Source: an uncultured Thermoplasmata archaeon (GTDB taxonomy: Archaea; Thermoplasmatota; Thermoplasmata; Lutacidiplasmatales; UBA184). Taken from it: a DNA stretch of 64,000 nt. A program made the translations under genes and the position numbers. The notes beneath the pieces were generated by a model. The model saw only the letters and a list, made by a program, of their open reading frames with translations, did not search any database and was not told where the DNA came from. Position 1 is the stretch's first letter. Each line of letters opens with the position of its first letter. This document shows, piece after piece, positions 47,475 to 57,135 of this stretch. The stretch covers positions 400,693-464,692 of the forward strand of contig CAVSTD010000008.1 in NCBI GenBank assembly GCA_963730815.1, in the 5' to 3' direction.

Positions 47475-48302
47475 ATGCCCTCGGCAAAACTCGCGAATGC
47501 GCAGATCCACTACGACCTGGCCGGGGAAGGAGACCCCACCGTGCTCGTTCACGGTTCGCTGGTCGACCGAACGAGCTGGGACGGGGTCCGGACCCGACTC
47601 GCCCAGTCGCTCGCAGTCCTCGCCTACGACCGGCGCGGCCACGGCGAGAGTTCGGGAACCGCCCGCACCCACCCGGTCGGGGATGACGCGGACGACCTCG
47701 CGCAGCTGCTCGAGTCGCTCGACTTTTACCCGGTTCATCTCATCGCACATTCCTACGGAGGCGCGGTAGCTCTCCGACTCGCGGTGGATCGACCCGAGAT
47801 GGTCCGCAGTCTCGTCCTCCACGAACCCCCGTTGGTCGGCCTGCTCGAAGAGGACCCCGCGACCGCACCGGAGGCCGATCGGCTTTGGGCCGGCACGAAA
47901 GCGATCCTGGCCATGGTCGATGCCGGACGCCCCGTCGAGGCGGCTCGCGAGATCGTGAACGCCTTCTCGGTCGAACCGGGAGCTTGGGATCGCCTGCGTC
48001 CCGACGTGCAACGCGGACTCATCCGCCACGTCGATCGGTGGGCGGAAGAGTTGCGCGACCCCGAAGCCACTCACGCGAACCGCGCCGGGCTCGCCGAGCT
48101 CCTGATCCCGACGCTGGTCAGCACGGGGGAACGGAGCCCGCCCTTCCTCGGACGCATCGGACGCCGGCTGGCCGAGAGCCTACGCAACGCGACCTTCCGG
48201 ACCCTCCCGGGCGTCGGCCACGTTCCCCACATCAGCGACCCCGACCAATTCATCGCCCTCGTACACAGTTTCCTCGTGGAAAGGAACGTGCCGAGCACGT
48301 GA
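47475..48302 (+). CDS. alpha/beta-fold hydrolase
   Basis: TVLVHGS, nucleophile elbow IAHSYGGA, C-terminal PGVGHVPH. Confidence 0.85.
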   Translation: MPSAKLANAQIHYDLAGEGDPTVLVHGSLVDRTSWDGVRTRLAQSLAVLAYDRRGHGESSGTARTHPVGDDADDLAQLLESLDFYPVHLIAHSYGGAVALRLAVDRPEMVRSLVLHEPPLVGLLEEDPATAPEADRLWAGTKAILAMVDAGRPVEAAREIVNAFSVEPGAWDRLRPDVQRGLIRHVDRWAEELRDPEATHANRAGLAELLIPTLVSTGERSPPFLGRIGRRLAESLRNATFRTLPGVGHVPHISDPDQFIALVHSFLVERNVPST

Positions 48303-48363
48303 GAGGCACCGAAGCCGGCTCCTTGACTCCGGGATCCTCCCGGATGGGACCGTCGGCCCGAGG

Positions 48364-48934
48364 CTACGGGCCTAGCTTTTGCCCGCAATTCGGGCAGAAC
48401 GGGAATTGTCCCACGAAGTAGACCCGGCCGCATCCGCGGCAGGCAAGCTGGGGGATCATCGGCCCTGTCGCGGGCGGGAAGCTGTACGGATAGCTGTACC
48501 CGCCCGGCGGCCCTTGTGCTTCGCGCATCGCGTCTCCGATCTTCAGATAGCCGACCAAGTAGAGGATTCCTGGGATCAGACCGAGGAACAGCGAAAGGAT
48601 CCCGAGCACCAGCGTCGGTGCTTGAGCTTCTTGATACTGTCCTCGTTGGATTCGGAGGTACGAGTACCTCGTACGCGCAGTACAGGAAGAGCAGCGAAAG
48701 TCCCCCTACGACCGATGCCACGAGGGCGAAGACCCAGGTGGCCCGATCGGAGTGAAAGGCCGCGAATCCGAACAAGAGCAAGAAGAGTCCCAGGATGACG
48801 ACCGCGGCGATGACCTGCAAAACGAGGGCGACCAGCACCAGGGTCTCGGCCGTTCCCGCCGAGGGCGGGCGGGTTCGAGGAGTCGGGTAGGCTACCGGAG
48901 TCGGAGAGTACGCGCCGCCCATGGCGGAAGTCAC
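48364..48934 (-). CDS. small membrane protein with C-terminal zinc ribbon (frame-broken)
   Basis: N-terminal TM region lies in ORF 48071..48934 (LVLVALVLQVIAAVVILGLFLLLFGF..GGLSLLFLYCAYE). The C-terminus lies in ORF 48364..48609 (YLRIQRGQYQEAQAPTLVLGILSLFLGLIPGILYLVGY...CRGCGRVYFVGQFPFCPNCG). Frame switch at ~48655-48670. Confidence 0.55.
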
Positions 48935-49030
48935 TCCGACCGAAGTGGTGAGCTATTGGTCAACCCGGCCTGACCGAGTCCCATCGAATCCACCCGGAAT
49001 ATCTCTCCCGCTCCGACGACGTTGAATCGG

Positions 49031-49861
49031 TCAGCGCGGGGGTCGTTCCCCCGACGCGAAGAACGGCTCGAGCAGCTCCATCACGCCCTTCCCCAACCAC
49101 TGACCGCCGTCGACGGCGAGGACTTGACCAGTGATGTAGCTCGACCGTGGACTCGACAGGAATCGGACGGCCTCGGCGACCTCTTGGGGCGTCCCGAAAC
49201 GTCCGAGAGGGACTGCGTCCGTCACCGACTTCTCGACGGCCTCCGAGATCCAGAGACGCTCGTCCGTCCCCTCCGTGTGCACCGGACCGGGCGCGACCGC
49301 ATTCACCCGGATCCCGTAGCGCGCCCACTCCACCGCCAGAGTCCGGGTGAGGGCAAGTACTCCGGCTTTCGCCGAGGCCGAGTGCGCGGTGCCGGGGCCG
49401 GCCATCCAGGCGTAGGATGCCACGATGTTCACGATGGCGGGGGTGGGCGATCGTTGCAGCAGGGGGAGGGCGGCTTTCGAACAGAAGAATGTCCCGTCAA
49501 GGACGATCCCCACGACCGCTCTCCATCCGTTCGGGGTGATCTTCTCGGCCGGAGAGACGAAGTTTCCGGCCGCGTTGTTCACCAGGACGTCCAGGCGGCC
49601 AAACTCCTCGCGAACCCGGCTCAATAGACGATCGACCTGTTCCGGAACCCGCACGTCGGTAGGGACCTCGATCACGCGGGCGCCGTGACCGCGGAGCTCA
49701 CCGGCACCCGAGGCGAGATGTTCGGCCGAGCGGCTCGCGATCACCAGATTGTACCCGTCGTCCGCGAGCGCAACGCCGATAGCGCGGCCGAGGCCAGTGC
49801 CTCCGCCCGTGATGAGTGCGACAGGCTTCGCTTCGGGTCGATGGGCGGAACCTGCGGTCAT
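49031..49861 (-). CDS. short-chain dehydrogenase/reductase (enoyl/dienoyl-CoA reductase-like)
   Basis: ITGGGTGLGRA, VNNAAGNF, HSASAKAG. Confidence 0.9.
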   Translation of the reverse strand: MTAGSAHRPEAKPVALITGGGTGLGRAIGVALADDGYNLVIASRSAEHLASGAGELRGHGARVIEVPTDVRVPEQVDRLLSRVREEFGRLDVLVNNAAGNFVSPAEKITPNGWRAVVGIVLDGTFFCSKAALPLLQRSPTPAIVNIVASYAWMAGPGTAHSASAKAGVLALTRTLAVEWARYGIRVNAVAPGPVHTEGTDERLWISEAVEKSVTDAVPLGRFGTPQEVAEAVRFLSSPRSSYITGQVLAVDGGQWLGKGVMELLEPFFASGERPPR

Positions 49862-49953
49862 GGGAAAAGGGAGTCCGGGCCCCTTAAGAACCTAACCCGA
49901 GGGGACGCCCGCTCGGAAGCGTCCGCGCGGCTTCGGAACGAGACAGTCGGACG

Positions 49954-50289
49954 TCAGCCGGTGCGTGAAAGGGCGGCCGCCCGCGCTTGTTCGAGGCCCC
50001 CGACGGGCAACCCCCTTCCCAGCACGCCGTCGACTCGAAAGATCGGAGTCCCATTCCGGAACACGACGAGCGTCGGCACCACGTCGATTCGGAAGTCGTC
50101 CCACAGCGGGCTCTCCTCGGAAGTAACATCCCCTGTGGCGATTCGGAAACCTTTCTCGGATTCAATTACCGAGAACTGCGGGAGGAAACGGTGGCAGAAC
50201 GGGCACCAGTCCGCGACGAACGCGACGATCCACGTTCCTTCTCGAAGGAGCTCCGTCTTTCGGAACGCAGCGGCTTCGAATCTCTCCAT
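49954..50289 (-). CDS. thioredoxin-fold protein
   Basis: ATG 50289 inside ORF 49954..50748. WIVAFVADWCPFCHRF (CxxC), VPTLVVFRNG. Confidence 0.7.
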   Translation of the reverse strand: MERFEAAAFRKTELLREGTWIVAFVADWCPFCHRFLPQFSVIESEKGFRIATGDVTSEESPLWDDFRIDVVPTLVVFRNGTPIFRVDGVLGRGLPVGGLEQARAAALSRTG

Positions 50290-50350
50290 GGACGCTCTGG
50301 ATGGACCCGGGGCCGGTACGGTTCGGCCCCCGCGAGCGAAGCGTGCCGGC

Positions 50351-51223
50351 CTAAAGAGGAGAACGCTGGGAAACGACCGGATTTCCCGATCCCCCTCGAC
50401 GCACGCCCTGATCGGTCCAGAACTCGGAGACATACCGCCGCGGAGTCCGGTCGAACAGGTCAGGGAGCGCTCGACGGGGTGAGCGTCGACCGGTGAATTT
50501 CGAGCGTCCCGCGACGACGACGACGGGGACCCCCGCACTCGCGGCCGCCCGCGCGAGCCGATGGGTTCCCACCTTGTGGACCACCGTCCCATCCCGGTAG
50601 ATCGCGTCCGCTCCCAGGAGAACGAGACCGGCCGTCTTGACCACGCGACCGCCTTGGACATCGGGAACCGCTCGGGCGCGGAGACCCGCGTTCCGTAGAT
50701 CCCGAGCGAAGAGCCGACCTTCTCCGCCGGGGAGGCTTTCGAGGACAAGGATTCGCTCCGGGCGCCGCGACCGAGGCGGGCTCTTCAATGCCGCGAGAAC
50801 CGACCGGCTCCGACTGAATGTGACCACGAGCCGCACTTTCGGGAATCTTCGTCGGCTCGTGCGGGTTACTCGGGGAAGTTCGTTTCGCAGGAGGCGTCGC
50901 TCCCGCCGCAGCCAGCCCCGGGCGAACTTCGTCAACCCGACCGGAGAATCCGGCCGGGCCATGGCGCGCCACTGCGTCGCCCATCGCAGAAATGGCCCCA
51001 TCGCGGGTTGTGCCTGCTCCAGGGATCGAGCGACCTGCCGGAAACGAGTTCGAAGTACCGTGTCGGGTGAATCCGACCATTCGCTCGTCAGCCGGGAGAG
51101 GATTGCCAGCGCCTCGGTAGAGAGAGCGTGGGCGCCGTGGGTTCGATCGAGGCGAATTCGATCGAACGCGGTGGACCATTCGTGTCCGGAGGGTCGAAGC
51201 CGAATCGGTCGACCGTCGCGCAT
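50351..51223 (-). CDS. eIF-2B alpha/beta/delta-family protein (initiation factor 2B-related / sugar-phosphate isomerase-like)
   Basis: ATG 51223 inside ORF 50351..51640. ILVLESLPGGEG, LVLLGADAIYRDGTVVHKVGT, VPVVVVAGRSKF. Confidence 0.75.
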   Translation of the reverse strand: MRDGRPIRLRPSGHEWSTAFDRIRLDRTHGAHALSTEALAILSRLTSEWSDSPDTVLRTRFRQVARSLEQAQPAMGPFLRWATQWRAMARPDSPVGLTKFARGWLRRERRLLRNELPRVTRTSRRRFPKVRLVVTFSRSRSVLAALKSPPRSRRPERILVLESLPGGEGRLFARDLRNAGLRARAVPDVQGGRVVKTAGLVLLGADAIYRDGTVVHKVGTHRLARAAASAGVPVVVVAGRSKFTGRRSPRRALPDLFDRTPRRYVSEFWTDQGVRRGGSGNPVVSQRSPL

Positions 51224-51289
51224 CGGCACCGCCCCCGACGACCCCCTGTCTATTGAGCTCCCCGCGTGTCCCATCTCCGAGGATCGTCG

Positions 51290-52372
51290 ATGTCCTGGCG
51301 AGTTCCGACCGAGGCCAAGAGCGACCGAGTGTTTCCCGGCCCGATCCACGGCACGGTGGAAAACCACCGCTTTTCGAGCCGCGTGCTCAAAGGGAATCCG
51401 TGGGGAGACCCCGAGGAGCGCGACCTGCCGGTGTATCTCCCGCCGTCCGGACGCTCCGACGGACTCCCCCTGCTTCTGCTTCTCACCGGCTACACCGGGG
51501 CCGGTTGGATGCATTTCCAGCGGCCGAGATATCTCACCGACACGATCTCCGGTCGACTGGATCGACTGATCCGGCTGAAGCTCGCTCCCGAGGCTGTGAT
51601 GGTGGCACCGGACTGCCTGACTCTGCTCGGGGGAAGCCAATACCTCAATTCCTCGGCTACGGGGCGCTACGAGGACTACGTCATGGACGAGGTCCTACCG
51701 TTCGTGCGAGAGCGCTACCACACGGGACCCATCGCGGTGATGGGCACGTCGAGCGGAGGATACGGCTCGCTCGCCCTCGCCCTGCGCCACCCTGAGATTC
51801 TCCGAGCGGCCGGGTCGAACGCCGGAGACGCCTACTTCGAATACACCTACGCACCGGAGTTTCCCATCGCATTCCGGGAGATCCGCAAGGCGGGAGGGCC
51901 CGACAAACTCCTCGAGAAAGTGCTTCACGCGCCGGTAAGCGGTTTCGGTCCGGGGAACCACGAGATCCAAGCGCTCGAGATGATGGGGTATGCTTCGTGC
52001 TACTCGCCCATCGACTCGGAGCCCGGCCGGTTCGACCTCCCGTTCGACCTCGACATCGGGAACCTCCGCCCCGAGATCTGGTCGAAATGGCTGGCCTGGG
52101 ACCCGGTCCGGATGGTCGGGGAAACCCGATATCGGGACGCCGCCCGGCGCCTCGCCTATCTGTACGTCGACGGTGGGACCCGCGACGAGTACTCGCTCGA
52201 CGTCGGCGCCCGCATCTTCGCCCACGCGGCGCGAGCGGCCGGGGCAAAGGTCGACTTCGAAGAATTCGATGGGGTCCACGGCGACGGAGGTCCGCGCTAC
52301 GAGGTCATGATCCCTCGGCTTTTGGCCGCGCTCGGGTTTCCGGCTCCGAGCGCCCCGCCGGCATCCGTTTAG
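51290..52372 (+). CDS. esterase-family alpha/beta hydrolase
   Basis: ORF 51266..52372 (GTG 51266 or ATG 51290). VYLPPS.., nucleophile elbow VMGTSSGGYGSL, FEEFDGVHG. Confidence 0.75.
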   Translation: MSWRVPTEAKSDRVFPGPIHGTVENHRFSSRVLKGNPWGDPEERDLPVYLPPSGRSDGLPLLLLLTGYTGAGWMHFQRPRYLTDTISGRLDRLIRLKLAPEAVMVAPDCLTLLGGSQYLNSSATGRYEDYVMDEVLPFVRERYHTGPIAVMGTSSGGYGSLALALRHPEILRAAGSNAGDAYFEYTYAPEFPIAFREIRKAGGPDKLLEKVLHAPVSGFGPGNHEIQALEMMGYASCYSPIDSEPGRFDLPFDLDIGNLRPEIWSKWLAWDPVRMVGETRYRDAARRLAYLYVDGGTRDEYSLDVGARIFAHAARAAGAKVDFEEFDGVHGDGGPRYEVMIPRLLAALGFPAPSAPPASV

Positions 52373-52427
52373 TAGCCTGCCGAGCTGGCGCACTTCGCAT
52401 CGCCGTGGGGGCGACGGCAGGGACCCG

Positions 52428-52577
52428 ATGATCCGCGACGGTCAGTTGTACTGTGACGCCTGCCAGAAGCCCATCAGCCGGATAACGGACGTCCCGTCGG
52501 AGGGTTGGCCGAAGATGCATATCGTCTGCTCGGCGTGCTTCGCCCAGCTCAAGACCCAGGCGATTCCACGGGCCTAG
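52428..52577 (+). CDS. small zinc-binding protein (49 aa)
   Basis: Below the track cutoff: MIRDGQLYCDACQKPISRITDVPSEGWPKMHIVCSACFAQLKTQAIPRA (CxxC ... CxxC). Confidence 0.4.
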   Translation: MIRDGQLYCDACQKPISRITDVPSEGWPKMHIVCSACFAQLKTQAIPRA

Positions 52578-52588
52578 TCGGGCCCTCG

Positions 52589-53152
52589 CTACGAGGAGAG
52601 CGACTCGGGGGCATCGGGCCCTTCGAAGGGGGCGAGCGTATCGACCGCCTCGTCCTCGAACCACGCGAGGACGATGAAATACCAGGAAAGAACGATGAGC
52701 AGAAGGAGCTCGGGCAGGTTCAACGCCTCCGGGGCCACCACGACGGCCCCGGCCGAAAGGTGGCGGCCTTCCCGGGCGGGTTCTACGTGAAGGATTTCCT
52801 TCCCGTCCCGGGAGGTCACCTTCCAGGCGGGTACGAGTACACCGGCTCGGTGGAACCGGTAGGAGCGTCCCCCCAGAACATCGATCTGGTGGTAGTTGAG
52901 GTGGACGGTGAGCCGGCCGATGACCACCTCTCCCGAACGAGCCGTGATGTGGGGGTTGAGGAACCCTCCGCGCTTCAGGCTCCATTCCCCGGCGGCACTG
53001 CGCGCCGTCGCGAGCGAAGTTCCCCGAGCCTGCCACTCGAGGGTCGCCGCAGTCGCATCGCCCGAGAGCAGAGAGAACGCATCCGGATGGTCCCGATCCC
53101 GGAGCCAGCGGAGAGCGGAGCGGTCGACGCTCGAGAACGGCGTAAGGGCCAT
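52589..53152 (-). CDS. hypothetical protein with C-terminal TM helix
   Basis: ORF 52589..53152. Soluble beta-rich N-domain, then LPELLLLIVLSWYFIVLAWF. No family recognised. Confidence 0.5.
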   Translation of the reverse strand: MALTPFSSVDRSALRWLRDRDHPDAFSLLSGDATAATLEWQARGTSLATARSAAGEWSLKRGGFLNPHITARSGEVVIGRLTVHLNYHQIDVLGGRSYRFHRAGVLVPAWKVTSRDGKEILHVEPAREGRHLSAGAVVVAPEALNLPELLLLIVLSWYFIVLAWFEDEAVDTLAPFEGPDAPESLSS

Positions 53153-53215
53153 CGAGGACCCACCCCGCCAGAGGGATTTAACCCGGAGCCGGGGGACCCG
53201 CCTCCGAGTCTTGGT

Positions 53216-53580
53216 TCAGCGTGCGGACAGGAGATAGAGAATTCCCGCAATGAGAGCAAAGAGCGCGGCCAGGAGGGCGAACAACCCGTCCGCCAAGCCC
53301 AAACCAAGCCATCCCACGACGGCCAGCACAATGAGTACCACTCCGGCCGTGAAGGTCCGGTCGTTCCCCCCGATCGGCCAATCACGGTGAACAGACCGAT
53401 GATGATCCCGATCACGACGTAAATCACCGACCGGGTAAATGCCCCGATCGCGGGGCCTCCCAGGCCGAGGGCCAGGAAGACGAAGCTGCCAAAGAAACTG
53501 ATGACCCCGGCGACGATGAGGATGATGGCTCCGAGAGCTCCGAACAAAAACGCGAGGTTTCGGTCCCCCGAACTCGACAC
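53216..53580 (-). CDS. small multi-TM membrane protein (frame-broken)
   Basis: The N-terminus in ORF 52975..53580 (..GLFTVIGRSGG) joins ORF 53216..53590 (NDRTFTAGVVLIVLAVVGWLGLGLADGLFALLAALFALIAGILYLLSAR) if the C6 run 53366-53371 is read as C7. Confidence 0.55.
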
Positions 53581-53676
53581 GGGCTCCCACCCGCGGGTGA
53601 GCCGCCCTTGGTTTTACGCTTTCGCGAGCCTCTCCCGGGCGCCTTCGATGGGCGGGGACGGCCGGTGAACTAGGGA

Positions 53677-53925
53677 ATGCTGCGCGAAACGACGTTCTGG
53701 ATCGGAGGCATTCTCACGATCGTCCTCGGGGTCTTGCTGGACGCCGGACTCTTTTTCGCGGGGGCGGGGGTGGAATTCGCGGACGCCTGGCTCGCGAGCG
53801 GATTGGCCATCGGCTTCGGCGCGTTCTTCCTCTACGTGGCCCGGGAGGAACATCGTGACCGACTGGCATTCCTCGCGGACGCCGAGAAGGAAGGACCCGG
53901 CGAGCCGCACTCGGGTTCTCCGTAG
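53677..53925 (+). CDS. small membrane protein
   Basis: ORF 53677..53925; two hydrophobic helices (FWIGGILTIVLGVLLDAGLFFAGAG; ASGLAIGFGAFFLYVA). Confidence 0.5.
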   Translation: MLRETTFWIGGILTIVLGVLLDAGLFFAGAGVEFADAWLASGLAIGFGAFFLYVAREEHRDRLAFLADAEKEGPGEPHSGSP

Positions 53926-53967
53926 CCCGCGCAGGGCGGGGAAACCTTTTCTTACGACCGCAGCGTC

Positions 53968-54075
53968 CAACGGTCGTGGCCGGGATGGGGTAGCTTGGCC
54001 TATCCTGGGGGACTGTGGATCCCTCGACCCGGGTTCAAAGCGGCGCGGGGACCTCCCCCGTGCTGTGAGACTCTC
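53968..54075 (+). tRNA. tRNA-His (anticodon GTG) with 32-nt intron in the T-loop (between positions 59 and 60)
   Basis: G-1 at 53968. Acceptor GCCGGGA/TCCCGGC with C73. D-arm has A14, G18G19 and A21. Anticodon arm GGGGA-CTGTGGA-TCCCT. T-stem CCGGG/CTCGG. T-loop TTCAAA[intron]T. A complete hBHBh' motif is present (details in findings). Confidence 0.85.
54030..54061 (+). other. tRNA intron (BHB-type, non-canonical position 59/60)
   Basis: GCGGCGCGGGGACCTCCCCCGTGCTGTGAGAC. A 10-bp internal helix is flanked by two 3-nt bulges separated by the 4-bp helix TTCA/TGAG. Confidence 0.8.
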
Positions 54076-54085
54076 GGTCCCGGCC

Positions 54086-54922
54086 CTACGCCCTCTTCGA
54101 CCGAGTCGCGGTCCTTCGAGTCGGGGATTTCCGAGTCTTGGATTCCAGCGCGCTGAGGGTAGCCGGAAGGTCCGATAGGGTGTAATCGGCCCAGGCCGCA
54201 CCCCACTTCTTGAGGTCGGCCGGGGTGAGCGTCCATCCGGGGAGCCGCGAAGCTCGGGCCACCGGCGTCACGCCGGCCACCGACCGGGCGGCTTCCATGT
54301 CGAACCGGGAGTCTCCGACCAGGAACATCGGCACGGCGGGGTAGCGGCGTCGGTACTCGGCGAGGTGTTCGCGTTTCGTACCCTCGCCGGACCCTAGGAC
54401 GCCCTCGAACCAATATCGCAGGCCCTCTCGTTCTAGCATCAGGTCGGCCATTTCGGTCTCGGCACCGGTCGCGACCGCGAGCGTCCAACCATCCCGGTCC
54501 AAGGTGTTCAGGAGCTTCGGCACCTCGGGGAACGGGTGAGCCTTCGCGTAGGCTTCGACCACCTTGCGTTGGTGGAACGTCCGCGCTGTGCTGGCCCGGA
54601 GCGCAGCGGGAGCGGTCGGGTAGAGCTGGGCGAGCTGAGCCTCGAACGGCATACCGGTCGTTGCGAGGTAGTGGACCCGAGCCTCCTCTTCGGGGGTTCC
54701 GAACGCTTGGGCCATTACGTCGGCGGCGACCGTGCAAATGAGCGAGATGTCGTCGAGGATCGTTCCGTCGAGGTCGAAGACAACGACCCCGCGCTTCACG
54801 GCGCGAGGCGGCACGATTTCGCGAGGACCCCCGACCGGCCGGGAAATCTCCGCGAATTGGCTCGTCGCGGGGAGCACCGGTAGTGAGGCTTCGGGGGCGG
54901 GAAGGTCTTCGGGACCAGGCAT
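54086..54922 (-). CDS. HAD-superfamily hydrolase
   Basis: VVVFDLDGTI (DxDGT), GDSRFDMEAA. ATG 54922 is preferred over 54994 because a reverse-strand TCTTAAAGAG box sits ~25 nt upstream. Basic K/R/T-rich C-terminal tail. Confidence 0.8.
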   Translation of the reverse strand: MPGPEDLPAPEASLPVLPATSQFAEISRPVGGPREIVPPRAVKRGVVVFDLDGTILDDISLICTVAADVMAQAFGTPEEEARVHYLATTGMPFEAQLAQLYPTAPAALRASTARTFHQRKVVEAYAKAHPFPEVPKLLNTLDRDGWTLAVATGAETEMADLMLEREGLRYWFEGVLGSGEGTKREHLAEYRRRYPAVPMFLVGDSRFDMEAARSVAGVTPVARASRLPGWTLTPADLKKWGAAWADYTLSDLPATLSALESKTRKSPTRRTATRSKRA

Positions 54923-55023
54923 CGCGCCAGCGAGCCGGGCGACCTCTTTAAGATGGTAGGCGCGGGGTCGCGCTAATAGCGAGGCGCGCCTCACCCTGCG
55001 AACGCGACGTTCGAGGGACTGTC

Positions 55024-56323
55024 ATGCATCCGAGTCACGCGATCCGAGGCCGTTCCAGTCAGCTGCTCGCGGGACGGCGTATTGTCCTCGGGGTTTCCGG
55101 TTCGATCGCCGCGATCGAACTCCCGAAGATAATCCGAGAGCTGATCCGCCACGGCGCCGACGTTCAGGCCGTCATGAGCCCCGAGGCCATGCGCATTGTC
55201 ACCCCCGAGACCCTCGAATTTGCGACCGGTCATCCACCAATCACCCAGCTCACGGGGAACGTCGAGCACGTCACCCTTCTCGGGCCGGGTACGGGGCGGG
55301 CGGACCTCTACTTGATCGCGCCCGCGACGGCCAACACAATCTCCAAGATCGCTCACGGGATCGACGACACGCCCGTCACGACCTGCGCTTCGGTGGCGCT
55401 CGGAGGAGGCGTGCCAATCCTGCTTGCACCGGCGATGCACAGCCACATGGGACTGAACCCTGCCGTGAAGGAGAACCTGGAGAAGCTTCGCGGCTGGGGA
55501 GTCGGAATCGTTCCCAGCGTTTCCGCCGAGGGAGAGGAGAAGATCGCCGGCCCCGAGGCGGTCGCCGCGGCGGTGTTGCATCATCTCGCCTCCGGTCCGT
55601 GGCTGGGGCGCCGAGTGATCGTGGTCGGAGGTGCGTCCCGAGAACCTATTGACGCGGTCCGGTCGGTGACGAACGAGAGTTCGGGAACGACCGCGCTCGC
55701 CCTCGCGAACCAAGCGTACTACCGGGGTGCCGAGGTCGAGCTCTGGGCGGGCGCCCTCGAGGTCGGAGTGCCCGACTGGATTCCGACGACCTCGTGGAAA
55801 GGGGTAGAGGACCTGCTGGCGCTCGTTCGCCGGCGACGCTCGGAGCTCCGAGAGGCGGCCGCAGTACCTCGTCCCGGCCGCCCTCTCCGATTTCACTCTT
55901 GAGCGGCGCCCGGGGAAGATTCCGTCCCGGGAACACGAGAACCTGACCCTTACCCTTCGTCGCGCCCCGAAGGTCCTACCCGAACTACGTCGAGTCGCCC
56001 CCTCCCCTACTCGGCTCGTCGCCTTCAAGCTGGAACCGGGTCTTACGCCCGCCCAGCTCGAAGAGGAGGGTCGTCGTCTCGCCCGAGAAACGGGGGCCGA
56101 TTGGGTCGTCGCGAACGATGTGACCTCGATGGGCGGCCCGGAGACGAACGCGCTGGTGCTTCCTCCCGCCGGGGGCCGCCACTGGATCCGTGGGCCGAAG
56201 ACCGAGTTCGCCGGGAAGCTGCTCGACGACATCGGCCGCGACCTCGTGAATCTCTCCGCAAGCCCGGCGGGCCCTCAGCCGAGGAAGCGGCGAGTCGGGC
56301 GGCATCGGTCTCTCGACCATTGA
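55024..56323 (+). CDS. coaBC: bifunctional phosphopantothenoylcysteine decarboxylase / phosphopantothenate-cysteine ligase (frame-broken)
   Basis: ORF 55024..55902 holds the flavoprotein domain (LGVSGSIAA, APAMHSHM) and the start of the CoaB domain. The CoaB remainder (LVPAALSDFTLERRPGKIPS...VVANDVTSMGGPETNALVL) lies in the frame of ORF 56120..56323. 1-nt shift at ~55865-55870. Confidence 0.85.
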
Positions 56324-56371
56324 TCCTCGGACCCGGGACCGCTTTGCCGGGCCCGTCTAGGTCCAGGTTCC

Positions 56372-57135
56372 CTAGATCGCGTTGACCAAGAATCCGACGA
56401 GGAAACCGACCAACACTCCGAGGTAGACGAGGCGTTGCTTGATGTACGTCGCCTGAGGCGGGTCCGCCGGCCGGAACGCCGTTCGAAGCATGGGAAGAGT
56501 AGAGTACAGGATAGCTCCGATCGCCAGCCCATCGAAGATTAGATTGAACATCGCGCTGTTGTAAAAGTACCCGCGACGCCTCCGATGATCGTGGGCAATC
56601 CTCCGATGGCGAAGAACACCACGATCAACCCGATCCTTCTGTCCTGCCGGGTCAGCAACGGCGCGGTGATGGGGAACCCTTCGGTGACGTTCTGGAGGAA
56701 GAAGCCCACGAAGACCACGGTCGAGAGCCCGACCGTGCCGAGCGCCCAGGAGGCTCCGAACACGAGGCCCTCGGTCAGGTTCTGGAATCCGATCGCCAGG
56801 GCCACGATGAGCGCAAGGGAGACCGGGGTCGCCTTGGTGCCGCGGGAGCGATGTTCGGTAGCGAACAGAAGGAGATAGCAAAACGTCACCGCGAGCGCGA
56901 ACGCGGTCGCGTAGGTACCGTTCGCGACAAACGCGTTGGAGGTGCCCGAATAGATGGTCGGGGCCGCGTCGGCAAAGATGTCCGCGAGCAGAAAGACGAG
57001 GATCCCGATGGCTGCGGCGTTGAGCAGCGTGATCGTCCGCGACCCCATCTTCTTGTGGAGGATGACGGGCAGACCGAGGTAGATGGAGAGCCCCATCGCT
57101 GTCGAGAGGGCGACGAGCTCCGGGAAGTTCGCCAT
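56372..57135 (-). CDS. ZIP-family divalent metal transporter (frame-broken)
   Basis: ATG 57135. ORF 56539..57171 (..AIGFQNLTEGL.., ..QNVTEGFPI..) joins ORF 56372.. (NSAMFNLIFDGLAIGAILY..) if the A4 run 56553-56556 (T4 on the coding strand) is read as 5. Confidence 0.8.

Noticed and set aside
3557-56556. Programmed ribosomal frameshifting or transcriptional slippage as the explanation for the eight frame breaks
   Set aside because: The sites share no slippery heptamer or downstream structure. They shift in both directions, occur in unrelated genes and mostly sit at simple homopolymer runs. Sequencing error is more parsimonious, though this is not proven without reads.
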